Source: Mobula hypostoma (taxonomy: Eukaryota). Taken from it: a DNA stretch of 64,000 bases. How positions within the stretch are numbered: the first letter of the stretch is position 1; each line of letters starts with the position of its first letter. Location: assembly GCF_963921235.1 (NCBI RefSeq), contig NC_086101.1, forward strand, positions 806,001-870,000. The letters are read 5' to 3'. The notes under the pieces were generated by a model. The model worked only from the letters and a program-made list of their open reading frames with translations, searched no databases and was not told the origin of the DNA. Position numbers and translations under genes: made by a program. This document shows, one piece after another, positions 21,934 through 35,214 of the stretch.

Positions 21934-24900
21934 ATGGACGCAGATAAGATTGAACTTTGGTGTGAGATCGAGGATGGCCCGGTTAATCATGCCTGCCGAT
22001 TAAGTGGGGTGGATATAGTACGCCGGACGATGTGTGAACTCGATGTCTGAGTACGGTCAGAGCTATTGGTAAGGTTGAGATTGTAAACAGAAAGATTAAT
22101 AAAACGGGGCACTCAGCCTCTGTGCTGATACAGACGGCTGCTGACATCAAGGAGTTGGAACTGCCCCAGTCTATCGGTGACTTAGGTGAGGTGGGGCCTT
22201 GGGGCGTGCACGCTGTCACGGAGGAAGGGTCTGAAGAGACACCGGAGGGGTTGCCCGAAGCTGGGGGCGGAGATTTCAGAGAGCGGGTCCAATCGTTTTT
22301 GAGGGATGAAGGAAGGGGGTGGTCGGATTTGGAGAATGTAATTAGTTCTCATTCCCCACGGAAGGGGGAGGGCTCTGAGTTGGCCTCTTTGGTGAACCGG
22401 GCGGTGGGTCCGCGACAGAAGTTAAAAATTTTACCAGGGAGGACTCCCCATCCCCGACGGGGAAGAGGATTACGAGTCTTGGATAGAACATACCTCTCAG
22501 TTGCAGTGTTCTGAGGAGGAGAAACGGCAAAGATTGGGGAACAGTTTGAGAGGGGCGGCAGCTGAGGTGGTAAAAGAGGCGAGAGTTAACCAGCCCCTGG
22601 CTTCTCGGAAGGAGTGTCTAGTCGCCCTAGAGGAGGCGTTTGGGCTGACGGTGCAGCTTTTAGGGGTGATTCAGAATCTGTGTCAGGAGATAGGGGAAAG
22701 GCTTTCTGAGTATCTTCTCCGACTTGAGCGTAGGCGAAATTGCTTGAGGTGCCGGGGGGTCATTTCAAGAGCTGAGGTGGATCGGATAAGGATCGACCAG
22801 GTAGTCAGGGGCGCGCAGAGACATGATGCGATCGCTACGAGCCTCTGACAGTCTCGTAGAGCGTGCCCCCTGCCTCCGTCTTTTGTTCAGTTTGCTCAGA
22901 GTGGTAAGGGAGGAGGAGGACGAATTGGAAGCGGAAGAAGGCTCTGTTAACAAGGTATAGTCCTCGGTAGTAGCTCTTTGTGGTGAAATGACCGGGGCCA
23001 GCTCCATGTGGAGACACAAAAGGGGGTCGCGGCAGGTGGGGTCCCTCCGCGGGAGGGGACTGGCGGAGAAGGTGCCTCCCTGAAGGGACGGCCGGCACTG
23101 AGTCCAGGCGGAGACTAGGGTCCTGCGAGGCCAGGCGTGTGCTATAACTGCGGGGAAGAGGTGGCACTTCAGGTGAACAGCAGGGAGCCCCTCGGAGGGA
23201 GAGCCCTCGGGTGTCCCAGCAGGAAGGGGGGTCGGGAAACTTAGAAGAGACTCACTGAGGGAACGCATTGGAGTCTCTGGGAAAATACGTTCCCAACAGT
23301 GTGCCGCGGGACCCTCAAGAGGAAAAGACCCTATCCCAGAAGGATTGGTGGGGCCCCGATCCAGCGTGTCAATACCGATAGGGGGGACAGATGCAAAAGC
23401 CATACTCGACACGGGGTCGCAGGTCACATTACTGTACTGGTCGTTCTACGATAAGTACCTGGTGCATTTACCCCTGACACCTTTCAGTGCACTGGAGATT
23501 TGGGGTATTAGTGATGGTGATTACCCGTACGATGGCTATTTGTGAATTTGGAGTTCCTGGAAGCTGAGGTGGGGGTGTCTGAGGCTCATGAGCCTCTGGT
23601 ACTGGTTTGCCCAGACCCCGGTGAGACTGTTAAGGATCCGGCCTGAACACTGGGTCGAAGGGCCTCTGCTGGTAGCTCTGGATCACGACAGACTTTAATT
23701 TCTGTTTTCTTTCACCTGGCCATGTGGGTTCTGGCCCAGCCCCTTTCCTTTTTGCACTTCCTCCAATTACCTGCTTGTCTCCTCATTTGCACCTACCTGT
23801 TTCTAATTTTCACCCATTGCCCTGGCCACTTAAACCCTGCCTTGACTAGCATTCTCTGCCAGTTCATCCCAGTTCTGACCTGTGTCGTTCTAGCCTGTCA
23901 TTGCGACTTCTGCCAACCGATTTTGCCTGATTCTGTGTTTTGGATTTTGCTCGTTCTTGGACCTGATTTTTGCCTGTGCGCTCTTGATTGTCTGCCCTTG
24001 ACCGACTGCCTTTCCTGGTAAGACCTCTGCCTGCCATTTCGGATTCGTGCCTGCCTTCTGTTTTTGAAAGACTGTTGCCTTTGTGCTCCCTAATAAATCC
24101 TGGTGAAAAAGTATTCATTGGTCTGCACTTGAGTCCCACCGAGCCCGACAGAGACTGGGGGTGTGTCAATTGTGGTGGGGACCAATACCCCTATTGTGCG
24201 GAGACTCCTGGGAGCCTGTGAGGAAAAGGCGGGTGAAGACTTTTTGGAGACCCTGTCAGTGCACTCAGTGTTCCGACCTGCTTTTGAGGAAGCGTGGGGT
24301 CGCCCTGGGCTGGACGTGATGTGTGAACGAGGCACTGTGTTGTGTGCCCAGTCGAAGCCCAGGGTGGTGCTGCCGGGTGAAGTAGTGAGAGTGATGGGGA
24401 TCCCAATTCCCGGGGGTGCCTGAGGGTGAAGCCCTTTTAGTGGACACCCCGGAAGATCTCGAGGGGGAGTCGAGATTCCCTGCTGGGGTGCTGGTGAGAC
24501 CCGAGTTGCAGAAGCCCTCGGTGGTGCAGGCACGCAGGCTGGAGGTGTTCGTCAGGAACACTACTGCACGGGAAGTCACCTTTAAGCGAGGGATGCCTCT
24601 GGCGCATCTGTTCCCGGTGACGGTGATGCATAGCGCCCCCGTGAGGCCAGTTGGGGGAGAGCTGTCGGGAAAAAGGCCTAAGTTGACTGCTGAAGCTTTT
24701 AACTTTGGGGCATCACCTGTGCCGGAGGGTTGGAAGCGGAGGCTGGTGGAGAAGATGTTGACGATGACAAACGTTTTTTCCCTTGACGAGTTTGATGTGG
24801 GTTGTTCCAGGAGCACTCGCCACACCATGCGGGTGACTGAGGATACTCCGTTTAGATAACGATTATGGCGACTGGCCCCTGCAGATGTCGAAGACGTGCA

Positions 24901-25605
24901 GCAGCACTTGTGTAAGCTGAAGGAGGCTGGGATCATCACGGAGTCCCGAAGCCCTTATGTGTCTCCTATTGTAGTGGCCCAGAAGAAGAATGGGAAGGTT
25001 TGTATGTGTGTGGACTATAGAACACTGAACTGGCGCACAGTCCCAGATCAGTACACGGTCCCCCGGGTTGAAGACGCGCTGGCCTGTCTGAGTGGGGCAA
25101 AGTGGTTTAGCGTGATGGATTTGAGGAGTGGGTATTACCAGATCCCGATGAGTGAGGCCGTTAAGGAGAAGACGGCCTTCATTTGCCCTTTGTGATTTTA
25201 CCAATTTGAACGAATGCCCCAGGGGCATATCGGGGGCCCTGCCACCTTCCAGAGGGTCATGGAGAAGACAGTGGGGGATATGAACCTGCTCGAAGTGTTA
25301 GTATATTTGTACGACCTCATAGTATTTGGATCCACCTTGGAAGAACACGAAGCGAGACTAATGAAGGTGCTCAACTGGCTGAAGCAGGAAGGGTTAAAAC
25401 GTTCCCTGGACAAGTGCCAATTCTGCCAGACGTCTGTTAGCTATGTTGGACACATTGTATCGCAGAATGGAGTAGTTACAGACCCGGCTAAGATCGAAGC
25501 AGTGACCACCTGGCCGAGGCCCCAGACCGTGAGTGCTGTGCGCTCGTTCTTAGGGTCCTGTGGATACTATTGGAGATTCATGAAGGGCTACGCCAAGGTG
25601 AGTTA
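21934..25605 (+). mobile_element. Gypsy internal region (decayed): PNMA-like gag, zinc knuckle, protease, RT
   Basis: EEEKRQRLGNSLRGAA (PNMA-like capsid), CYNCGEE knuckle near 23140, AILDTGSQVT protease, and RT motifs SPYVSPIVV/CVDYRTLN/DLRSGYYQI/YLYD (catalytic YLDD mutated). Confidence 0.9.
23628..24150 (+). mobile_element. Solo LTR nested in Gypsy pol
   Basis: TG...CA ends, 5-bp TSD GAGAC (23623-23627, 24151-24155) and AATAAA near 24092. Confidence 0.9.
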
Positions 25606-25624
25606 TCCTGAGGAAATCATAGAT

Positions 25625-26915
25625 GAATGAGTCTGACTTCAGTGGTAGGCAATTTGCTGGAGAAAATCCTGAAAGGCAGGATCATGACTATTTGCAGAGA
25701 CATATTCTGATAAGGAATAGTCAGCATGGCATAGCTAAGGGCAATTCATGCCTTAGGAGCCTGAACAAATTCTTCAGCAATGTAGCAAAACACAATGTTG
25801 AAGGTAGAACAGTGGATGTAGTGTATATGGATTTCACTAAGGCATTTGATAAGGTTCCCTATGCGTGGCTCATTCAGAAAGTAATGAGGCATGGGATCCA
25901 GGGAGTCCTTGTTAAGTGGATCCAAAATTGGCTTGCCCACAGATGGCAAAGAGTGGTTGTAGATGGTTCATATTCTACATGGACGCTGGTGACCATTAGT
26001 GTTCCGCAGGGATCTGTTGCGGGACACCTGCTATTTGTGATTTTTATATATAAAACTAGATGAAGAAGTAGAAGGGTGGGTTAGCAAGTTTGCTGATGAA
26101 ACAAAAGTCGAAGGGGTTGTTGATCGACTGGAGGGTTGTGAGAGGTACAGTGCGACATCGATAGGATACAGAACTGGGCTGAAAAGTGGCAGATGGAGTT
26201 CAACACAGATAAATGTGAATATAATATTAATGGTAAGACTCTTTGACAGTATCGAGGATCTGCGAGATGGTGGGGTCGATGTCCATTGGACACTCTAAGC
26301 TGCTCCTTATGGCGTGTTGGTTTTCATCAACTGTGGAATTGAGTTCAAGAGTCCTGAGGCGACATGACAGCGATATAAAGCCTTAGTTAGACCCCACTTG
26401 GAGTACTGTGTTCAGTTCTGGTCACCTCACTCTCGGAAGGATGTGGATACTATACAGAGAGTGCAGAGGAGATTTACAAGGGTGTTGCCTGGATTGGAGG
26501 GTGTACCTAATGAGAATGGGTTGAGTGAACTCGGCCTTTTCTCCTTGGAGCGACGGAGGATGAGAGGTGACCTGATAGAGGTGTACAAGCTCATGAGAGG
26601 CATTGATCGTGTGGATAGTCAGAGGCTTTTTACCAGGGCTGAAATGACTAACACAAGGAGGCATAGTTTTAAGGTGCTTGGAAGTAGGTACAACGAAGAT
26701 GACAGAGGTAATTTTTTTCACATAAAACGGAGCGTGGAATGCGTTGCAGTAAAGATGGTGGACGCGGATACAATAGGGTCTGTTATGAGACTCTTAGTTA
26801 TGTACATGAAGCTTAGAAAAATAGAGGACTATACAGTAGGGAAATTCTAGGCAGTTTCTGGAGTAGGTTACATGGTGGCACTGCATTTTGGCTGAAGGGC
26901 CTGTAATGTGCTGTA
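25625..26915 (+). mobile_element. Older CR1 RT/3' fragment
   Basis: DFTKAFDKV and EYCVQFWSP motifs, with many lesions. Confidence 0.88.
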
Positions 26916-26919
26916 ACAC

Positions 26920-28330
26920 AATTGGAAGTTGATTGGTGAAGGAGACGGAAGGCCATGGTAGCTGGAAGAAAGAAATTGGGGCGGGGTTGTGAGCACTGGA
27001 GGAAGGCAATGGGCGGGCAAGGAGACAGCATGAGAGGGAGAAAAGGGAATGGGAAATGGTGAATGGGGACACTACCGGAACTTTGAGAAATCGTTGTTCA
27101 TGCCATCAGGTTGCAGGCTATCCAGACGGAATATAAGGTGCTGGTTCTCCAATGTAAGTGTGGTGTGATTATGACAGTGGAGGAGGCCACAGGTGGACAT
27201 ATGGGAATGGGAAGTGGTATTAAAATGGGTGGCCACTGGGAGATCCTACTTTTGCTGGCGGACGGAGCGCCAATGCTTGGCAAAGTTGTCTCTCAATCTA
27301 CCTCGGGTCTCATCGATACACAGGAGACCACAGCAGGAACGCAAAAAAAAAAAGTATATGACCCCAACAGACTCACTGGTGTTGTCTAACCTGGAAGAAT
27401 TGTTTCGGGCCCTGAGTGGTAGTGGGAGAAGAGGTGTAGCACTTGTTCCTCTTGCATGGATCAGTGCCAGGAGGGAGATCAGCAGGAAGTGATTAATGGA
27501 CAAGGGAGTTGCATAAGGAGTGATCCCTGTGGAAAGCACAAAGTGGACGGGGCGGGAGGAGGGAACAACGTGTTTGGTGATAGGATCCCACTGGAGGTGG
27601 CGGAGGTTTCGGAGATTTATGTGCAGGTGGGGTGATAGGTGAGGACAAGAGGAACCCTATCCCTGGTAGGGTAGCGGGAATAAGGGTTAAGTGCGTGAAA
27701 TGGAAGAGATGCGGTTGAGGGCGTTGATGGTTTAGGAAAGGAAGTCCCTGTCTTTGAAAAAGAAGAACAGCACCTTCATTCTAGAATTGAAAGCCTCGCC
27801 CTGAGAGCAGATGCGGCGGGGATGGTGGAATTGAAAGAAGGGAATGGCGTGTTTACAAGCAGCAGGGTGGGACGAGATCTTTTCCAGGTAGCTGTGAGAG
27901 TCAGTGGATTTGCAATGGACATAGCTGGATACGCTGTCTCTGGAGATGGGGGCAGTGAGATCGAGATAGTGAACAGAGGTGTTGGAAATGGACCCGACGA
28001 ATTTGAAGGCATGGTGGAAGTTGGAGGGAAAGTGAATTGAATCGACGATTTCAGGATGGGTGCAGGAAACAGCACCAATGCAGTCATCGATGTAGCGTAA
28101 GAAACTGCGGGACGGTCCCCAGTGTAGGTTTAGAACAGGGACTGTTCCACGTAGCTGACAAACAGGCAGTTACAGGGGTAGGTAAGAGGAAGTGTCTGAG
28201 AGTTGGCGATGGGCCTCAGTAAGGTAGGGGTCAGTCCGACAGACTACTGCAGCACCTCCCCTATCTGCGAGTTTGATGGTGAGGTTAGGATTAGTGCAGA
28301 GGGAGTGGAAAGTCCAACGTTCGGAAGGAG
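26920..28330 (-). mobile_element. Penelope-like element fragment (RT C-terminus and GIY-YIG), decayed
   Basis: VGVIY...CGLLCIDETRGRLRDNFAKH; reverse-strand similarity to 29750-30920 and 5740-6611. Confidence 0.8.
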
Positions 28331-28732
28331 TAAGGTTGGAATTGGAGCGAGCAGACGGTTAACAGTCCTCTTCATTGTTTGTGCCTCCTTTTGAGTCCCT
28401 CCAATGTCCGCAGATCTTTTCTCAGAATGGGGCCGGAATCTGCTCACAACACTCCAAGTGAGGCCTCTTTGTCAAGCCTCGCCAATGCATCCTTGCTTTA
28501 AAGTTCTAGTCCTATCGAATTGAATGTCAACGTCACATTGGACTTTCTCACCATCGACTCAATCTGCAAATTTACCTTCAAGGAATCCTACACAAGGATT
28601 CAGTAGTCTCTTTGACCTTTTTTTTAATAGCTTTTTCTTAAATTTCGCTCCAGTTCCAAGATAGTCTATCCTTTTATTTCTTCTCCCACTTTTATTTTTT
28701 CTCCCGAAGTACATGACCATGCCATCCCGAAG

Positions 28733-29750
28733 ATCAGCCCTTCATCCATTGACGTCTTCTGTAAATCTTTCGACGGGAAAGAAACAGCAAAAATAATTTG
28801 TGTCCGGGAATTCTCAAACACAACACATCTCTGTCCGGGTATTTAAGGAGTGACCAGATATTTCCATTGAAACACAGACCTATCAGCTGTTGATTCTCGG
28901 AGATGAAGAAGTATCTCATCTCAGCTGGAATTGAGCTTTGTGTCTGAATTTTTTTCGATGAAACTCAGTGAAATCCACTGGAACCAGCTGCTGAGAACAC
29001 GCCAGTATTTGTTCACCGGAGATCAGTTCTTCAACTGCATTGAGTGTACGAGGGATTCACTACGTCTGAAATCTGATTCGACGAATTGACAGAGAACTGT
29101 GGGAGGTGATTCACGCACTCATCCCAGCTACAGACAGACCAGCGAGTTCACACTGGGGAGATCCCATTCACTTGCACAAACTGTGGGAAGGATTCACTCA
29201 GTCATCTGACCCAGTAGCACACCGGTTCACACTGGGGAGAGGCCGCATGCCTTATCAGACTATGGGAAGGGGTATACTCGGTCATCTAATCTGAAGGTAC
29301 ATCAGTCAGTGCGCAATAGAGAGAGACTGTTCACCTGTTCTGTAAGTGTAAAGGGATTCACTCAATCATCTGACCTACTGGTACACCAGCGAGTTCATAC
29401 TGGGAGAGACCGTTCACCTGCTCACACTTTGGGAAATGATTCACTCGGTCATGCGACATACTGAAACACCAGCAAGTTCACACTGGGGAAATGCCGTTCA
29501 CCTGCTCTGATTGTGGGAAGGGATTCACTCGGTCATCTGACCTACTGACACACCAGTCAATTCAGACTGGGGAAATGCCGTTCACATATTCAGATTGTGG
29601 GAAGGGGTTTACTCGGTCATCTGAAATGAAGATCCATCAGCGAATTCGCACTGGGGAGAGGCTGTTCAACTACTCAGACTGTGGGAAGACATTCACTTGA
29701 TCATCGAACCTACCGAAGCACCAGCGAGTTCACGAGGAGGAAAGGAAATA
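28733..29750 (+). pseudogene. ZNF pseudogene (third paralogue of the terminal exon)
   Basis: Same leader as genes A and B, but the acceptor AG is lost (cgacgg). About 7 fingers carry stops or frameshifts, and no upstream CpG promoter copy was seen. Confidence 0.85.
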
Positions 29751-30920
29751 AGATACAATCTCTTCAATGATATTAAGTTCCCCGGCCCCGAGCATCTTAT
29801 TTTCATCTTGGATATTGAATCCCTATAAATCACCATCCCTTACCAAGAAGGCCTCAAAACTGTTCGTTTCTTTCTGGACATCATAACAACCACTCTCCTA
29901 CGTCTCGCGGATCTTGTCCTCACTGTCACTAATTTCTCTCTTGACTCCTCCCACTTCCTTCAAACAAAAGGGGTAGCCATGGGCACTCGCGTGGTTCCCA
30001 GCTGTGCTGCCTGTTTGCCCGATATGTGGAACAGGCTGTGTTCCAATCCTACACTGGTGTCACTCCCTCCCTTCTCCTGTGCTACATCAATGACTGCATT
30101 GGTGTTGCTTCGTGCACCAATGTTAAGCAAGTCAACTCAATCAATTTTGCCTCCAAATTTCACCCTGCCCTCAAATTCACCTGGTCCATTACCAGCACCT
30201 CCCTTCCCCTTCTCCATTACACTGTCCCTATCCATTGATGTCTATTACAAACCTACTGACTCTCGCAGCTACCTGGACTCTATCTCCTCCCACGTTGTTC
30301 CTTGTAAAAATGCCATCGCTTTCTCTCAATTCTTCCATCTCTACCATATCTGCTGTCAGGATGCTCTTTCTTCATTCTGGAACAAAGGCGATGTCCTTCC
30401 TCTTTAAAGAAAGGGGCTTTCCTTCCTCCACCATCAACGCTGCCCTCAACCGTATCTCTCCCATTTTGCACACATCTGCCCTCACCCCATCCTCCCGATA
30501 CCCCACCAGGGATACAGGGAGAGGATTCCTCTTGTCCCTCACCACCCCCACCAGAGTCTGTGTCTAGCACATCATTCTCAGTAACTTTCGCCATCTTTGG
30601 CAGGAACCCACCACCAAGCACATCCTTCCCTCCCACTCAACACGTTTTGCTTTCCACAGAGATCATGCCCTACGTGACTCCGTTATCCATTCAAACCTCG
30701 CTACTGATCTCCATTCTGGCACTTATCCTTGCAAGTGGAAAAACTGCTACACCCGCCGCTTCACCTCCTCCGTCACGAGCATTCAGGTCTCCAAGCAGTC
30801 CTTCCAGGTGAGGTGACACTGCACCCGTGAGTCTGTTGGGGTCATCTGTTTTCTCTGCTGAGACCTGACAAAGATTGGGAGCACCTACGCTCCATCCGCC
30901 AGAAAAAGCAGGATCTCCAA
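29750..30920 (+). mobile_element. Penelope-like element fragment (RT and start of GIY-YIG), decayed
   Basis: KGVAMGT, CYIND (RYIDD-like) and DVYYKPTDSRSYLD motifs typical of PLE RT. Confidence 0.85.
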
Positions 30921-30939
30921 ACGACCGGTAATTTTAATT

Positions 30940-32070
30940 CAAAGGTTTCAAAGAGAAAAGTGTGGGGCCTCTTGACCTGATGTGTATGGATTTTCTGCCA
31001 ATACAGCCAGATGCCAGCAATGTGGCAAATGTCTTAGACATCACGAATCACTGCACCAGATATGCGCAAGCTTTCCCTACCAACGATCAGAGGGCGTCCA
31101 CGGTGGCCAAAGTGTTCTGGGAGAAGTATTTCATCTGAAGTACGTGTCTGATATGAGAAGGGAGCTGAAAAAGGCTGATGAACTAGTTGAGGTCGTGGCT
31201 GCCAAGCAGAATTAAGGAAATAAGAGGAGCTATGATCAAAACTTTAGGTTCTCCCAACGCCTGCCGGGAGACAGAGTCCTCATAAGGAATTTGGGGCTAC
31301 CTGAGAAGCATAAATTGGCTGAACACTGGGTGGCTACGCCCTGTGTGGTGGCGAGTCAGATGCCAAATGTACCAGTTTTCCGGGTGAAACCAAAGGATGG
31401 GAACGGGTCTGTCAAAATTCTCGATCAGAACCACCTTCTACCTCTGGGACAAGAGGTGCAGGTTGACCCAGAGCCCGACCTGGAGCCTACACCTCGTAAG
31501 AGGACTCTGTGATGACGCGCAGCGACTGAAAGACCAACAGCAGGAGGGATTAGACCGGCCCTGACCCTCAATGAGATACAGATTCGGAGGAAGAGGAAAC
31601 TGGGGTGTGGTATATGTTGCCTTTTGCTAACTGCCCACTGACTGAGGAAGAGATTTCCAACCCTTCTCATGGTGAGTTAGATGAAATTGGAGGGGGTGGA
31701 TATCTATCTGTGAACAGACCGGATTTCAGCGGGACGCTGAAAAGGGATGAAGTGGGGCTCAACCGTGTGGCAGAGGGGTCGGAGTTGCAGGAGGACATGA
31801 GACGGGGAGAGCTTCGCCATGTTGACCGGAATTATCCCAAGGTGTTTCTGAACCTGAAGAAGTAGGTGACGGGGTAAGGACGTCTCAAAGAATCAGGAGA
31901 CCACTAAAAAGGCTGGTCCATGTAGCACTGGGGGGACAGAGTCTGGCACGTATCGCCTTGGTGAGCTGTGACACTGCCATTTACACCTGGGCTAGACTTT
32001 GTGCTTTGCATGAAGGAGTGGCAAATTATCACAATGTCATGGGGACAGGACTAGTTTTGGTAGGGGAACA
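30940..32070 (+). mobile_element. Gypsy integrase remnants, 3' region and polypurine tract
   Basis: Integrase-core-like CMDFL...TRYAQAFPT...VAKVFWEKY, C-terminal PGDRVLIRNLGL.EKHKLA, and GGTAGGGGAACAG before the LTR. Confidence 0.8.
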
Positions 32071-32558
32071 GTGTCACACCCTGGGAAAGGTTTCACTGCA
32101 AACACAATTGTCTTTCCATAGAGACAGTGTTTGTGTGATGGTTAGAGGTGACGGGTGCTTTGGAAAGTGAGCCGTCCAATGAAAGGAGTGTGTTTCGAGC
32201 CGTGTGCCTGACACCGGGGTGATCTGGGGCTTTGTTCGGCGGGAGGCGAAGGGAGAAGACGCCAGAGCAGAGTCATGATCCGACAAAGGCCGGGGAGATC
32301 AAAGGAGGAGCAGCGAAGGGGAAACCGTGAGCTCCAAATTAGACTGTCTCATTAAAATGGGCCCCTTCTTCCTTTCTTTCTTTATTTTGCTTTTTCTTTA
32401 CTAACCCTTTAGTCAAATTAAGAGTTATACAGCTAATACGTTTAATTGTGTATTGTATACTGTCTGTTATCTCGTGGTACTGATTTGTAACAGGGTAAAA
32501 AAACATGCAGCTTCCACCCAAACGGGGCGGGGGGGGGGGTTTCTCGGGTGAGCTCACA
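32071..32558 (+). mobile_element. 3' LTR of a PNMA-group Gypsy element
   Basis: Starts TGTCACA right after the PPT and ends near GAGCTCACA; related to the LTR at 15279-16533. Confidence 0.75.
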
Positions 32559-32639
32559 CCTCAATCTCACATACTTGGCGGGACCAGAGATGGTCTTCCC
32601 TGGAGTTACGCTGCAGATAGAACCTGAGTGTTTCACCGT

Positions 32640-33788
32640 CAGCTACCTGTTGCAGCCAGCTCACTCCCACCTGGATGATGCTGGTGGCATTGTGCGAAGC
32701 ACAGTTTTTTGATTTCTCTACTGCCTTGAATACAATACAGCCACGACTTCTGAGCAGGAAGCTGCAAAGGATGGGCGTAGAGAAATTCACTATCTCCTGG
32801 ATTACCACCTTCCTGACAGACAGAGCGCAGATGATGCTGCTGTGTAGGTGGAGGTGAGTGACACTGGAGCCCCACAAGGGACTGTCCTGTCTCCGGTTCT
32901 GTTCACACTGAACACCGCAGACTTTCAGTGCGACTCTCAGTTTTTCCACTTGCAGATGTTCTCTGAGAACTCTGCGGCAGCTGGGTGCATCAGAGATGGG
33001 CAGGAGTCAAAGTACAGAGAACTGGTGGTTTGTTACAGAAAATATTTCCTACCAAATGCAGTAAGCATATGCAACAGTTAATCTTTATGCGACAAGTGAA
33101 CACACGTCATAGTCTCTGCATTATTATTTCATACGTTATTATTGCACATTGGTACATTATTATTGTGTATTATTATTCTCTTATTTTATTTTTAATAAAG
33201 TTTGAACACTGCTAAGTGTATTTTAAAATGTTGCTGCCGTAACAAAAGAATTCCCCACTCAGAATCAATAAAGTATTTATTATTATTATTATTATTATCA
33301 TCATCATCAGCAGCATTACCAGTCTGTGGTGGCCAGTGCTATCATGTTTGCTGTTGTGTGCTGGGGCAGCAGGCTGAGGGTAGCAGACACCAACACAATC
33401 AACAAACTCATTCGTAAGGCCAGTGATGTTGTGGGGATGGAACTGGACTCTCTGACGGTGGTGTCTGAAAAGAGGATGCTGTCCAAGTTAAATGCCATTT
33501 TGGTCAATGTCTCCCATCCACTACATAATGTACTGGTTGGGCATAGGAGTACATTCAGCCAGAGACTCATTCCACTGAGATGCAGCACAGAGCGTCATAG
33601 GAAGTCATTCCTGCCTGTGGCCATCAAACTTTACAACTCCTCCCTTGGAGGGTCAGACACCCTGAGCTAATAGGCTGGTCCTGGACTTATTTACTGGCAT
33701 AATTTACATATTACTGTTTAATTATTTATGGTGCAACTGTAACGAAAACCAATTTCCCCCGGGATCAATAAAGTATGACTATGACTAT
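32640..33788 (+). mobile_element. Rex1/Babar-type LINE fragments (old RT piece plus younger 3' end)
   Basis: FFDFSTALNTIQP, GAPQGTVLSP and VVASAIMFAVVCWG...SFLPVAIKLYN; tail GGGATCAATAAAGTATGACTATGACTAT. Confidence 0.8.
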
Positions 33789-34029
33789 TCTCCAGTCCTT
33801 TATCTGTTCACCAATCAACGTTCCAGCTCTTTAAATCACCCTCCCCCTCTCCCGGTTTCCCCTATCACCTACCCTGCCCCGTTCTGACTCGCTCCCGTGC
33901 TTTCTAGTCCTGAAGAAGGGCCTTAGTCTGAAACTGACTGTTCTCCTCTCTATAGCTGCTGCCTGCGCCCTGAATTCCAACAGCATCTTGTGTGTCCAGC
34001 ATTGCTGTGGATTTCCGCATCCGCAGAGT

Positions 34030-34370
34030 TTCTCCGGGTTGATCGAAATCGCATGCGCAGAGATCTGAGGTCATCCCAAATATCGCGCATGCGCTCAGTA
34101 GGAGAGCGGCTAACCGGGATCGGACGCAGGTAGGATCGGTGCCTCCGGGCGTCTGAACCGCGATTGACGGAGGGTTGCTGTGAGCTCACACACTGGCCAC
34201 ACTGGTCCTGCAACGCAGGGAAGTCCCCGTCCCTTCCTTCTCTCTCCGCCCCACGATCCGTACCCGAGCCGCAGGGAGCTTTCGGCTGTGAACGCTGCCG
34301 CCGACGCCCGACGCGCTGGTTACATGGCGGATGGACAGGTTTCTCCTTTGTGGTGCCTTCTGGGTAAACA
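34030..34370 (+). promoter_or_regulatory. CpG-rich promoter and non-coding exon 1 of ZNF gene B
   Basis: TCGCATGCGC at 34049-34058, GCGCATGCGC at 34085-34094, donor CAG|GTAGG at 34129/34130 and YY1-like CATGGCGG near 34323; paralogous to 520-830. Confidence 0.7.
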
Positions 34371-35214
34371 GGCAGCCATGGGTGACACGACCAGCGTTGT
34401 CCCCGTACCGTGGAAAGAAATGGGAGGGGATGTATCTCCCAAACACTGCCGAGCTCCAGCTATGTAAATCGGAGGATCAGGAACTCGGAACAAAAATTTA
34501 GTTCTTAGTTAATCTCATTCAGTGAAAATATCAGTTATGGAAAAAAAAACCTTCCGTCAGCTTTATTTCACTCTGGATTAATAACGATATGAAACACCTT
34601 TTTTTCTCGACGACAAGTCAGTTGTGGCTTTCACATCACAAAAGTGACACACTCCAAGGAGAATAACTACTACCCTCCCCCTCACAGAAACATAGAAAGC
34701 CTACAGCACAATACGGGTCCTACGGCCCCCAACACTGCGCAAATCATGTCCGTACCTTAGCATTTACCTAGGGTCACCCATAGCCATCTATTTTTTTAAC
34801 CTCCATGTACCTATCCAGGAGTCTATTGTTTACAACCCTATTGTATCCGCCTCCACCACTGTCGCCGGCAGCCCATTCCACGCACTCACCACTCTCTATG
34901 TAAAAAAAACATGTTCATTGGCATTTCCTGGATGGGTTCATCACTGTCAATCAGCTGGGGGGGGAGGGAGGGAATCCGAGGAAATAGAAGATCTCCAGGG
35001 TCAGACATGGAGTAACAAGTGGTCTTTGTAATGTTGTGGAGCATGACCAGAACCTGAAATAATATCAAAGGACACAGACACATTGATCCAAGTCACAGGC
35101 TGATTGAAGGCAGAAATAGCCCATTGTCAGACAGAGAGGAACATAGTCATAGAATGTGCTGGTCAGTCCGGATGTCAGATGCGTGCCTTGTTAGAAGATG
35201 TGGACCTCATATAT

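Noticed and set aside
21934..23200. Domesticated PNMA gene
   Set aside because: Multiple frameshifts and stops, and still attached to LTR, PBS and pol.
22765..24939. Long antisense ORFs (220 and 224 aa) in the Gypsy element
   Set aside because: Shadow ORFs opposite GC-rich gag/pol with no recognisable motifs.
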